Assembly (NCBI RefSeq): GCF_004010195.1 | Contig: NC_057718.1 | Location: 78,294,935-78,358,934, forward strand | DNA length: 64,000 nt | Source of the DNA: Chiloscyllium plagiosum | Lineage: Eukaryota | Direction: 5' to 3' | Shown here: piece after piece, positions 1 to 12,921 of the stretch | How positions within the stretch are numbered: the stretch's first letter is position 1 | How the letters are laid out: each line of letters opens with the position of its first letter | The notes under the pieces: model-generated | Told to the model about the DNA's origin: nothing | The model's database searches: none | What the model saw: the letters and a program-made list of their open reading frames with translations, nothing else | Made by a program: the position numbers and the translations under genes

Positions 1-103
1 GTTACAAAATAATAAATGCATAATCACACCTGCAATAACTTAGATAACTACAGGCGTCTCGAGTAGTTAAATAAATGGTACAAATGCAGATTAAATTTTC
101 TCC

Positions 104-436
104 TAGAATCCCAGTGTGGAAACTGGCCCTTTGGCCCCACAAGTCCACACCTACCCTTAGAGTAACCCACCCAGACCCATTTCTCTGCCCTTTTTTATCC
201 TATATTTACCCCTGACTAACATACCTAACCTACACATTCCTGAGCACTTTGGGCAATTTAGTGTGGCCAATTCACCTAACCTGCACATCTTTGTGGATTG
301 TGGGAGAAAACCAGAGCACCTGAAGGAAGCCCACGCAGACATTGAGAATGTGCAAACTCCACAGTTGCACAAGGCTGGAATTCAACACACATCCCTGGCA
401 CTGAGGCAACAGTGCTAACCACTAAGTTGCCGTGTC
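104..436 (-). mobile_element. HE1-type tRNA-derived V-SINE
   Basis: Reverse complement has the tRNA-like head (agtggttagcac...ttgaattcc), central gtgtggagtttgcacattctc core and gggcc...tttccacactg tail seen in the copy at 16108. Confidence 0.85.
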
Positions 437-784
437 ATCCTAATTCTCTTGGTTTTAGTATCAATTTTCACATTTTAAAGAGCCCATATTTCACTGAAGT
501 CTTTGTATACATTTTTTTCTATAATTACCCAAGATTGTAGCTTGATTTTCTCTTCTTGCTTTCAACCCCAAAGTTTTATCTGATTTGTAGATACATTTTA
601 AAAAAAAAAACATTTTCAGGAATAGTACCAATTTAAATGAGATTAACAAATCTGCATGAGGCTAGCGAAGGGAATACATTCCCTGTTGATGTGGTTGTCA
701 CCTTTCCGTGCTTTTAAGGAAGTGTCCATGATTTATGTACATCTTAAGTGAGTGCTGTGATATTAGATGGGCTGTTGATAAAGG

Positions 785-945
785 AAAGGTAAAATCACCA
801 TAGTCCCAGGGTAGCTCAGTCATTAAAGAGAGGGGACTGGTGGTAGATTTTAATGACTTGGGCAAGAGTTGAGACGCCAGTACAGGAAATGAACTTGTGC
901 TGTTGGCATTACTCTCTCATCCAGCAAACTGTGTATACCAGCCCC
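785..945 (-). mobile_element. Degenerate tRNA-derived SINE, different family
   Basis: Reverse complement begins ggggctggtatacacagtttgctggatg...gccaacagcacaagttcatttcctgtactgg (pol III A/B-box-like). Confidence 0.45.
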
Positions 946-3853
946 TTCAAGCTGCTTGTTGATATCTCCATATGCAGATGCTGAAAGAGTAGAATCTGTT
1001 AGGTTTCTTTTCAGAAATTAGATTGGGAGCTCTCCTGGCCTACAATGCACTTCCTTGTGAAAGCTTAGGGAAGCTCCATTTTTGTCTAACTTACTGAAAT
1101 GTCTGTCATTAAGGTAAATTTTCAGTGTACTTCTAAATTGAAACTAGAATGAAGTGACTTTAAAAACTAAATACAAATTGAAAGATCTAGGGACGGTCTG
1201 CATTCTGAGTTCAGTACTTAGGAAAAGTTTTTTTGTGGGATACCTGTTAGCATGACAGGAAAAGGATGCATTTGAGCTGAGTGGGACCATATCTTAATGG
1301 AAAAAGTATATCATGAGGTGACAAAGGCTTTAATAAACCCCTTGAAGGGGTTTGCAGGGGACACCGTGAAACAAGAGGAGAGACCATTGACCATATTAAA
1401 CTAAGGAAGGCTACAAATTAATACTTGTAGAAAACAGAAGCACAAAACATTGGATACAAATAAGGTGAGGAGCAGCTGTTTTAAGAACTGGATTAGATTC
1501 TGTTCAGAGATGTCTCATGTCTCCAAGAAAATAGGTGGACTGGTGAGTAATATCTTGAGAAACCAGGCAATGTCGGGATTGCGGAGGCATGACTCTGGGG
1601 AAAAATCATTTAAGAATTCAATGTTAGACTCTAATCTATTTAGAAAGAGAGAAGATAAAGCAGTTGCATTTAGAGACAGCAAATTAGAAAACGGTAAACA
1701 GTAAAAATAGAATGCAAAAGGACAGGCTTAATAGATTTATTAACAAGTCAGTTGGTTCAACTAGGATTAGTCTGCAAAACACCTAATAAGAAAAGTGGGA
1801 TGAAAAAAAGTGAACAACTGGGGAGATGAATCAAAGCATTGAACAATCATGTGGAGCATGTTCCTGCCTCAGCAAGGAAACTGGGTTCAAGTCCCAAACT
1901 TTAGTTACCTGGAATGATTAACCAAAAGTTGGGGAAAGGAGAGAAGGGAATGATGTTGCCGCAATCTTTGCAGGGCTCTTGCATATTGGGTTTAGTAAGC
2001 TCAGTAAGAAATGCATGGCACTGATTATGGGAAAATGAATTGGAGAAAATGAATAGTAGAAGTAGTGGAATATGGTGATAAGTGACAATGGTAATGTATG
2101 GTTTGGATAATATTTGAGCAAATTTAATTTTTCAGGGTGATAAAGTAAAAGGATAGCTGACTTTAAAGGGCTGGAATTGGAATTCGTATGAAGAAAATGG
2201 ACAACTGTAGTGGCAAACTCTACTAGAATAAAAGTAGAAAATATTAAAATGGTGCTCAATAGAACCCAGAAAATGCAAATTGCTTAAATAAAAACTAAAC
2301 TAATCACTACTGAAGCATGATTAAAATCATAACAGTAAAAATGAGGCTAACGGAAGTACAGAGAAAATGAATATTAATACAAAGACGAAGATTAAAAAAG
2401 ATGAGGCAATATGAAGCTAAATTATCAATGATCATAAAGCATAATGGTAGAATATTCTCCAAGCAAATGAATAAAACACAGCAAAGTATGTTTGTGTATA
2501 GACTAAGGGGTGATCAGGACAATCTCTGGCAGCAATAGTGAATAAATAATACAAAATAATCATTTATCAAGGAGATGGATCACCACCTCTTCAGAAGATG
2601 AGATTCAAAATTATGTAACTGCATGTAAATGGAGAAATATTAAATAAACCCATCAGAGGGTGAAATCCCTGGTCAGATGGAAAGAAGGCTCAACGAACAG
2701 GTCGCATTGATACATTTTAAAATTTTGTTTGCCATTCTACTAGAAACATAAAGAACCAGAAGAAGGCCATTTAGCTCTTTTAAACCTGTTCTACTATCCA
2801 AAAAGATAAGTGATCTGCTCTGGGACTGATTTTTCATTCCAATTCTTGAATCCATGTGAAAGATCATTGAAACTTTATACTGCGCATAATTTGTATTTAA
2901 AAAGGTTCAAACTTCTTCTCTGTATTTGAGGTTTGGTTGAATTGTGCACGTTAAAAGCAGTGCATGGTAGAAGAAACATTAATCTGACTGTTTTAAATAT
3001 AACTTTTACAGTGCTACATTTATATTGAGAATAAAAAGTTTACATAAATTCAAATGATTACAACCCTGCCAAATAGAATAGCTAAACTATTGCAGGATGA
3101 CAGTAGTTAAACCAAAGGAAGCCTATTCAGCTATTTTGTGCACCTGCTTTGAGTAATTCAATGTAAATCCTTCTCACTTTCAGCAAAATCTTGCAAGTTC
3201 TTTTAGTTTTAAATAAGTATTAATTATTTTGCCTCCATTAATTAAACCTGTCTCTTTCATATTGTCAGACAATGCCTTCAAACCCTAATCCTTTCCAACA
3301 TAAAGTTCCTCCTTGTGTTGCTTTTGCCAGTTTTTAAAATCTCTGCCACCTTCAAACCTTTTACAAGTGAGAACTCCATTTAGGACCTTCATGGTTTTCA
3401 AATCTTCTATCACATCCTGTTGGCCTCCTTCAATCTAGCTTTGTAACTGAAGCCCTTATATCAGCAACCATTTTTTGTTAATCCTTTTTGCAATCTCTGC
3501 CTTCTCATTTTTCCTAAACTGGTGCTTAGAATTCTATGCACTGCACCACCTATGGTTGTACACTACTTTGTTCTTCTACACCCCTAATAATAACATCTTG
3601 GATATTGTATGTTTTACTAACCATGCTATCTACCTATCCTTTTAATGATTTATGCATGCTGTGTTCTACATTCTTCTACTCCTTTTAAGTTTACGCTTTA
3701 TTTTGTATTTTCTGTTTTGCTATCAATTAGTCATTTCGTTTATAGCACTGCAACTTTGTGTAAAATAGTTAGACACAAGCAGAAATGGATTTTGAAGTCA
3801 AACTTGATTGCTAATATTGAAACTGATATTACACCTTGAACTGTATTTTTCAC

Positions 3854-4010
3854 GATGTGGACATGCCGATATTGGACTAAGGTGGACAAATTATTTGCCA
3901 GCTTATTTGAAATGACAAGCTTTCAAAGCCCTGTTGAAGGACCAGTGCTCCAAAAGCTTGAATTCCAATAAACCTGCTATACTATAACCTGGTGTCTTGT
4001 GATTTGACTT
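3854..4010. mobile_element. Fold-back Penelope-like terminal remnant (family B), degenerate hammerhead
   Basis: Inverted arms similar to 62585/63497; ctgttgaaggaccagtgctccaaaagct; flanked by tgtatttttcac (3842-3853) / tgtaattttcac (4011-4022). Confidence 0.7.
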
Positions 4011-4379
4011 TGTAATTTTCACAAGGAATAATCATCTCGATATAGCGTATGCTTGATTTTCGATTTCTCAGAAATTTTAATTACTTGAGCCATACTTATG
4101 AAAAGAGCATCAATTGGATTAATTCCTCCAGAGCTTCCAAGCATGCTTCCTTTGACAAGTTACGTTTGGGGAGGAAAAAGACCTTTAGTGGCTTGGTTTG
4201 CTTGCAGTCAACATGACTGCCTTTTGTCGCAAAGTTTGAGACTGTGTTTTATGTAACGTGTGCAAACAAGTTGACAAAGCTGACAATCATTTTGTTTATT
4301 TTAATGGCTTTCATACTGCTTCTGGTTTTAAATGTATTCCTGTTCACCTTTTGTGCTTTAATTTTTTTTTTTTGTCCAG

Positions 4380-4575
4380 CATCTAGTAATCCATATCACG
4401 TCGTCCCCAAGAAGAATGACGACGCCACTGATGAATACTATTATTACCTGAATGTGTGTGGACCGATCAGTGCTGCTGTTTGCCACGATGGTAGAGGTTT
4501 TGTAGCAGCATGTCAAACTAAACCAGATGTTTCTTTCAGTAAGGTTGCAGGACGATATCAAAATCAGACACTCAG
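4380..4575 (+). CDS. IGF2R: IGF2R exon 1 of window (~human exon 9), MRH domain 3
   Basis: Poly-T tract + ccag acceptor, AG|gtatgt donor; encodes SSNPYHVVPKKNDDATDEYYYYLNVCGP...AACQTK...VAGRYQNQTLR, matching CI-MPR YLNVCG...AGRYHNQTLR; phase 1/2. Confidence 0.95.
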
Positions 4576-4821
4576 GTATGTAGTCATTTGGTTGAGATAA
4601 AGGTGTCTGTCAATTCTAAATGGTAACCATGACATCTGGGAAATTGGTATAAGTGACTCTCAGCAAATGTTATTGAAATGGTAATGGATTAATTTTCATG
4701 TTGATTATTCCATTTTGACTCTTCCTACGTTGCAACTGTGATTGCACTTAAAGTATTTTACTGCTTGCAAAGCACTCTGGGTTGCCCTTGGTACTGAATA
4801 AAATACAATAGAAAACAACTG

Positions 4822-5018
4822 TGGATGGTGGAGATTTGAAACAAAAACCTATTTCTGGCAAAACTCAGCATTTCTGGCAAAGAAAGTAAAGTAAACATTT
4901 TGAATCTGTTGACTCTTTATAGCCTCTGATAAAGAATCACCAGACTCGGTGTTAATTCTGCTTTCTTCCCACCCATGCTGCCAGACCTGTTGAGTTTCTG
5001 CAACAATTTGACTTTGTT
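4822..5018. mobile_element. Old fold-back Penelope-like terminal remnant (family D)
   Basis: Arms ...gcaaaactcagcatttctggca / atgctgccagacctgttgagtttctgc; decayed ctgataaagaatcaccagactcg core; related to 42418-42582. Confidence 0.55.
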
Positions 5019-6229
5019 TAATATAAAGAACAAGCTTTGTTCAGTGTTTCTGTCACTCCCTAAGACCACCACCTTCTCGGCTGGAACTATTTTGTCAACA
5101 TTTGGAGCAAATGGCAAGCCTGTCAAATTCCAGTTTATCTCAAAATTGAGAATATTTTAGCTTTGTTGACAGTGCTGAATAATTGGTTCGTGCATGATTC
5201 AAGTGACTTTTTTGTTCATGTGGCATGTTGGTATAATTTGGTACATGTCAATATTGGGAAAACACATTCTCAAATATTGCGTTGTAGTTCAATAGCAGCT
5301 TGTGCTTTATATTATGGCTGTAATGTAACAAATCAGACGGCACTTCACGGGCAGAAATTGTTATGGAGCCGTGAGACCGGTTGACCAACACTTGGCCAAA
5401 AGAAATACATTTGATCTAGGAGAAAGAGGGCACAACTGGAGAAGTAGAAGTTTAGAGACAATTGCAAATATTGTAACTGAGGCTTTGAGGAACGACTGCC
5501 AAAGGAGAAGCAAATTGTATTGGAGATGCACAAAAGTCCAATTTACAGGCAATGCTCAGTATTTTGGAGCTAGTGAGCTCAGATGGAGAGAAGGGGTTTA
5601 ACACTAAGAATGTGAAGTTTTAAAGTCAAGAGCTTGCCAACTAGCTGCGGTGTCTGCTCCCTAAACATGGTGTGATGCGAAACAGAATTGGCACTGGTTG
5701 TTTACACTTCCATGTATCCAAAGCCTTGGGTTAAGATATTTTTGAGGTCATCTATTGATAAAACTTAGCAACACCAATGTAGGCAAACTAGTTGTTTGGC
5801 CCATTGTTATAGAATAAATTACATTTGAGGCCCCTGTAGTAGTGTGCATGTTGACAAAATGATTTGCGAGAAGTGTAAATATTTGGATTCACAGAATTAA
5901 CTAGAAATTCTTTTCAGTTCAGTAATTTTGCTCATTTAGCAAGTAATCCTGTCCCATAATTTGTTCTAGTTGTCCAAAGCTGGTTTGTTACCAGAGTCTT
6001 CAGATTTCAAGGCTATTTGAATTCCATTATTTTGGTCGAGGGAAAAGAAACAATTGTGCAACATTTTGCAAAATACTAAACCTTTTAAATAGTCACCAAA
6101 CAGTTGACACTTGGAGTGACAATCACAGCCAGGGTAAAATGAAGTTAAATATGTTATGATATTCCTTTCTGATTTGAACAGCTTCTCTGAAGTTCCTTTT
6201 ATTTGTTTTTTTTTTCATTGACATTCGTT

Positions 6230-7253
6230 CATGAATGGTTGTGGATAATTAAACAGCTGAGAAGTAGAGACTCCACAAATATATCAAGCTCCATGATGGC
6301 AGGGCCTGTCACATCAGTGCAACAGTTGAGTTTGAAGCATTTGTGACCATCTTTCGCCAGGAGTGCCAAGTAAAAGATCCAGCATGGCCTTTTCTTGAGG
6401 TCCCTAGTATTACAGATTCCAGTCGGCAGCCAATTCACTTCACTTGATTTCAAGTGAAATCAAGAAATGGCTGAAGGCACTGCTCACAATGGGCTCTGAC
6501 AACATTCCAACAATTGTCATTGAACTGGGCTCTTAAGCAGCGTGTGTCATAAAAGCCAATCAGTAATAACTGAGAATCTAGCCATCACTTGATTGATATT
6601 CAGTAGCAGTACCATCACTGAATCTCTTTCAAGAAGAGCTGGGAGGGCTACCCTTTAATAGAAGCTGATCTGGGCCTGTCAACAAAAAATGTTAAACAAC
6701 AGTAACTTAAAGGTTAAGAATTGAGATCTGTCTCCTGACACTCAAATGCCTATCATCTGCAAGGCACAGTCAGGATTGTGATGCTCTCCTTTTTGCTTGG
6801 ATGAGTGCGGCTCCAGCAAAACCTGAAGCTCCATACCATTCAGGGTGAAGTAGCCCAACTAATAACATACTGTCCACTAAATTCAACATTCACTCCTTCC
6901 TCCATTGTATATAGCTTCTATAAGATGCACTGCAGAAACTCATCGAGTTATTTGACAGCCGTTCCCAAAACTGATTTTTGGTACTGAGGAAATATGCAGC
7001 AGATATACGGAGACAATACTATCTGCTTATCTCCCCTCTAATCTATACGTTATCCTGACCTAGAACAATAGTTCCATTCCTTCGTTGTAAGTTAGTCAAA
7101 ATCCTGGAAAACCTTCCTTTATCAGCGCTGTGAACATGAATACTTCACGTGCATTGCAGATGTTCAAGAAGGCAGTTTACCACCACCAGAAGGATAATTT
7201 TGTATAGTCAACTAATACTAGCCTATTAATCACTGCCCATATCTTGTGAATGA
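6230..7253 (+). mobile_element. Decayed LINE of the CR1/L2 group (not the main CR1 families), including its 3' end
   Basis: Similar, in inverse orientation, to 21825-22440, 46725-47440 and 53085-53430; 3' end gttcaagaaggcag...caccacc...gcccatatcttgtgaatga. Confidence 0.55.
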
Positions 7254-7699
7254 AGTAGTAAAGGTCTACTATGCCACCATTGTAAATGGGTAAAACGAGG
7301 TGTTGAAAAAATGGATTTCAGAGATGCCCAACCTGATTAACAGCCACTGTTTTAACTTAAGGAGCTACAGTGATAGTCACAATTTATTTTGATTTCTGAT
7401 GACTTGCCCAACCTGTGCCTAGAAAGCAACTAATGACGTTAGCAGCCAGATTAAGCACAGTTAAAACATGGGAATGAATAATCCAGTTCTGAGGCATAAA
7501 TTGTCAAAATATTGTTCTGAGGATTTGTAATGCACTGATCTATCAAGTTCCTTTTATCATGGCTTTCAAGGAAGAGGTTTTCTCAAGTAGATTTACAATA
7601 CTGATTTTGATGTTAAAGCTCATACTGTCCATCTTTTAATATGCTGACTATATCTAAGTCAATTGTTTGGCAATATATGCAGCCATTTTGTGCAAGCTA

Positions 7700-9900
7700 A
7701 AAGGAACAGGAGTAAACCATATGATCCTTTAAATCTGCTTCACTACTTGTCACCAACATGACTGATTTTTCTACCATAGCATCAATTTCTTGCCCTACAC
7801 GTGCTTAATTTCATTGGTATCCACAAATCTGTCTATTTGATCAGCCACTTGAATATATTGAATAACTAAGCATTCACAGTCCTCTGAGAGTAAAGAGTTC
7901 CAAAAATTCTCATCTAACAGGTTAAGAAATGTCTTTTCACCTTCACTTCAAATGACCAACCCGGAGATTTTGATCCCCTAGTTTTCAACCCTACAACTGG
8001 AGAGGCAACCTTTCTCCACCTACTTTATCAAGCTCTTTAAGAATATTTGTCTCAATAAGATCATCTTTCATTTTTTTCACTTCAGAGAAAAAGGCTCACT
8101 TTACTTCAATATTCTTAGTAGGACAGCTCCTAGGAATCAAGTTAATCAATCTCCAGTGTATGCCTAGGTAGGAGATCAAAGTTGTCTGCCTTACTGTATA
8201 TGCCCAACCCTTTTATGATGAAGGCTGATATAACATTTGCTTTCCTAATTGCTTGCTTGCTAAAGCAAGCAAGCACGCATCCCCTGAATATTAATACTTT
8301 CTAGTCTTTATCCTTTCAGATAAAGGCAATTTGCTATTTTTCTGACCAACTTCACTTTTCTGTCCCTTCCATTATATTCCATCTGTCATCACTATGCTCA
8401 ACCTGTCTACTGTTTTGTAACCTATTTTTCCTTCTTGGTGCTTTACTCATGATAAAGATAATAAAGTTGAAAAGATGTTTGGTTTCCCTTACTCTAATTA
8501 ACATTTATTGTAAATAACCGAGCTTCAAGCACCGGTGCTTATAGTACCCTTTAGCTATTACCTATCAGCTCAAATGTTTGTTTCTTTATTTTTCTGCCTG
8601 TTGACCGATGCTCATTCTGTGGGAAAGTTTTACACCGAGTTTTGAGCTCTAACTTTTTGTGGGGCACTTGATCAAATCTCTATAAAAATTCAAATTTGGT
8701 ACATCCAACTTTTTCTGCAGGCAGTTGAGTGGAAGTGAGATATTAGTGGCTATGATTCTATTGATGGATCTGTGAACCCAACCATAACCTTATACAGTGA
8801 GGACTTCAGCTGTTGGCTGATAGAAGTGATGGAAAACTGTTGACTCAAACAGCTATTTTTTTTAACCTTGTTCAGTTCCCCCTCAGAAATATCTTGTTGA
8901 ATTAGAAGGTCTTAATATCACTTTTTTTGGATGATAGGAATGTACTAGAATATCAAAACTAGTGTATCTTTGTCCTGAGGTTTGAGATAGCTGCATGGTC
9001 CTGGACATTCTTTGCTTTTAATTCCATTAATTTCTCCAATGTTACTTTTCAGATTTCTTTCCTGCTTTAATTAGACCTCTGGTACTCCACCCTGCAGCAT
9101 TTTGTGTTTGCATGTGGAAGAGAAAGTATTGATAAATGTTGTTTCTGGTTTACTCCCAAACCCAAATTTTTCCTGTCTCAAATGGATTCATGTTTGCTTT
9201 TTCCAATCCTTTCTTCCTTCTTAAAGCTTTTGTCTATTATGATATGTATTGTATGAATGCTTATAATATTTCTTTCCGGTTTCCTCATTTTTTTAAAAAA
9301 ACTTGGTCAGTCTGCTGGTCGTCATTTGTTCGTAATCGGACTTGCTCTTTATTCTGGCAATTGTATACTTTTTCTTAATGTAATACTGTGCAGAACTTCT
9401 AATTAGCTGGGGTAATTAGAAGGGCTTCATGTTTTACATCCTTCAAGGGAATGTATAATGTCAGTTATGAATTATTTCTTGAATGTACTCTAGCAAAGAC
9501 AGTTCTTAAGAAATTACTAATTAACTGCCTCATTACAAAGGACTGGTTCAAAACAAATCCTGATACTTTGGGTCCTTGACAGATTCTTGTAAGGAATGGT
9601 CATGATTGTATTTTTTCCCTAACACGTTGTTTTGCTCATGTCTGCCCAGTCTCTGAAGATTTAGAGATTATTGTACAATTATTTGTATTAATCTTGAAAC
9701 TTCTCCAATTTCCTATGTGGTCTGATATGAAGATACCAATCACTATTACAAAACCTTTATTATGCTCCTTCAATATGCTGATTTCACTTTAGATATTGAT
9801 TTTTCAGTATGCTTCTATCCTATCTTATATGATCACGATCTTCATTTTCCATTTGTCTCTTTCCATTTTCTCCATCGTTTGATGCCCAAACCAATGTCTC
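7700..9900 (-). mobile_element. Highly decayed CR1 LINE fragment
   Basis: Starts aggaacaggagtaaaccat, like the CR1 3' end at 25850; patchy collinear similarity to 25838-28036; far boundary uncertain. Confidence 0.55.
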
Positions 9901-10363
9901 AGCAGCTATCAAATCAATTCTATTTGTGCCTTTGATTTATCTAGTATTCCAATATAATAGTTTTTAATGCATTTGGTATGTGATGGAGTTTGCATTCAAT
10001 TAAGGACAGGAGTAGGCCATTCACCCCTTCAAGCCTTTTCTGTCATTTACAAAGGTTATTGTTGATCTGATTGTAATCTTAAATCTGTATTACTACCTAA
10101 CCACGATACCTTCACACCCTCATTTCTGGGTTCTATCTGCATTGGCTTGAAAAATATTTGAAGACTAAGCTTCCCCTGTCATTTCAGGAAGAAGATTTAA
10201 AAGTACTTAATCCTCTTGCCTCATCTGTTTTAAGTGGGCAATCCCTATTTTTATATACAGACTCTCAATTTTAGAATTCTTCTGTCAGCGGACACATTCT
10301 CTCTACATCTGCTCTTTCGATGTCAATCAAAATTGCCTCTTAATTTTTTTTCAATTTTTTTTT

Positions 10364-10458
10364 AAACTGACCTGTTCAGAGATGTTATTACGCAACTCTG
10401 CATCAGATGGGACTTGAACACCAGGGTAGGGACACTACCACTGCACCACAAGAATCCC
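10364..10458 (-). mobile_element. Short tRNA-derived SINE (second copy at 32640-32739)
   Basis: Reverse complement gggattcttgtggtgcagtggtagtgtccctacc...gttcaagtccca (A and B boxes), ending ctgaacagg; sits within an old CR1 3' end. Confidence 0.7.
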
Positions 10459-12112
10459 TCAAATTGCCTTTTGCTCTTTTGTTCCTGCTTCTCAATGCTG
10501 CCTGACCTGCTGTGCTTTTCCAGCACCACTCTAACCTAGACTCTGGCTTCCGGCATCTGCAGACCTTTTAGCTTTTATGTAATTCAATTCAAGCTTATCC
10601 TATTCAGCTTTTCCACATAAGGCAATTTCCCCATTCCAGTTAGTCTAGTAAACCACTCTGGTTTCTTAGTTATTTAATATAACATTTATTAGATGAATAA
10701 ACTCCTTTGCTTAAGAGATTGCACACATTTGAGGGGGAGGGAAGTGAAGTTAAAGCCCAAGATCATTGAGGATAGTCTTGAATGATGGAGCAGACTCAAT
10801 AGACCACATTGTCTACTCTGATTTCTTATATGCTGTTGTCCCATCCTGGCATGCCCCTTGTCTTTACACAAAACCTTAATCTCTGCTGGTTTGATATTTC
10901 TCTTTAGACTTGTAGCGTCATCCTTACCTGAACCCTTCCTTACCTTCCCACTTCAAATATTATATGAAAGCTCTTGTTAACCTTTAGTTAGTTAATTCAC
11001 CAGGGCACTGGGTTTCTCTCTTATCTCCACACTGATGCCAGTGCCCCATGAACTCAAATCTATTCCTCCCAAAGTCATGATTCAGTCACTCATTTAAGCC
11101 TTAAATCTTTTTTCACCCTGTACCAATTTCCTCATGACTCTGATTCTAATCCTGCAGTTATTAACATTTGAGGCTTTAGCCTTTTTAATTTGAACCATAG
11201 CTCATGAAAATTGATCTTATTCAGTGCCAAATCATTTAAGACCCAAGTGAAGGATGCTACCTTTTAAGCTGGACAAGATTTTTTAAATGCTGAGGCAATA
11301 CTTTAAAAAAAAATGTTATTTCTCAGACAGATGATTAATGTTGTTTTGCTGGTTCTTTTGAAAAGACTGTTCTTGGCTCATGCAGGTCCTATATTTGGCA
11401 ATCGCATTTTTGGAAACTCTTTTTAAGCTTTCAGGGATCAAATTTGGGCAATAAAGTTGTGGAATCCTTAATTCAAACAGAGCAAGCCATGTAAATCATT
11501 CCTACATAGCCTTTTATCCAGTGAGTAGTTTTATTAATAAATTCCTTTTTTGAACAAAATTGCTTTCAAAGATGTTCAGGGTTTGGGCATGGAAAATACT
11601 AAGTGATGCAAGGACTTGGATGGGCTCTGGTGTACCTAGCGTATAAAAAGCTGCTGTTTTGACCAAAGTAGTTTTGTGGACCTGATGATTCATGTGATAA
11701 GATCTGTGTTAGGTACATCAATTGACTGCAATAATTGAATAATCCCTTGAAGCTGTCATTAGCATAAGACTGGTCAAAATTCCCGTTTCAGGGCAACTAG
11801 GTTCATACTGTAAATCTGAAATGAAAAGCAGTTGAATTGTGGTCTTGATTTGCTCTCAAACATATAAAAGATGTTGGAGTGTTTGAGAATAAAACTGTTT
11901 TTATTATGTAGCCCTTCTGCCATTAGCGAATATCAGTGTTTCATGGGCCCTTAGGGTGCTCCACAGCTCAGTAGTCAAAATTAGTTCATCTAATTTTGTG
12001 CAATATATTTGTGTTGCTGGAAACTTAGCTGGCCACACAATTTAGCACTGCTATAATTTAGAATAAAATTGAGATAACTTTGTTCTTTTGGTTGTGTATT
12101 CATTTACAATAG

Positions 12113-12216
12113 GTACTCTGATGGTGATCTTACATTGATATATCCTGATGGTAATTCATGCAGTTCTGGATTCCGAAGAATGACAATAATAAACTTTTAT
12201 TGTAATGAATCAGCTG
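12113..12216 (+). CDS. IGF2R: IGF2R exon 2 of window, domain 3
   Basis: atag|G...G|gtaagc; [34 protein letters not shown]; 104 nt; phase 2/1; not in the ORF track. Confidence 0.96.
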
Positions 12217-12921
12217 GTAAGCTTAATACAAAATGTATGGTTTGTGTGCATGTGCCAAGTATGCAATCCATCTAAGAGGACGTGAGAAAAGTATATTGTA
12301 ACATTAGCTTATGCATTATTGAGATTATACTTGAATTAAGTGCTGTGCATTTCAAACTTGTTTGACATTTTCCAATCAGTTAAATTTTCGTTTGGTTTTA
12401 TTTTTCTAAAAGGAGGTGATACTTTTCAGCGTGGTTGGTTGTTTAGAAATCTGAAGTGAAGAAACACTGAAGGCTAATTTTTGTCTTCTAACAAATATTG
12501 TATTGCATAAGTATTTAATAGCCTGATATTACAACAATTGTTTTTGAAAGTATTATCTAGATACAATCTTAACTGTCGATGTCCATTTTATTGTCTGTGT
12601 GCTAGATTAAACTAAAGTGCCATTATTAGGATCGATCATGTTTGTAAAATTGATTGGGGGAAATGAAGGTAAAACTAGATAATCCATAGCATACTAGCTA
12701 TGCGTTCAACATATTCGATCTGTGTTTATGCAAAATACACACTTTCTTTCCTCCCCACTCTAAATACCTCTTCCCTTCCTCCACATACTCCTCTTTTGCC
12801 TTCTCCATAATAAGTGCATAACTATCTGTTTGCATCTTCAGAAGTATGGCTTCAGGTTCCATATTCCCACCAGAGAAAAGCTACTTCCTTGTTTTTAAAG
12901 TGTAATGATTCACCCTCTGAT

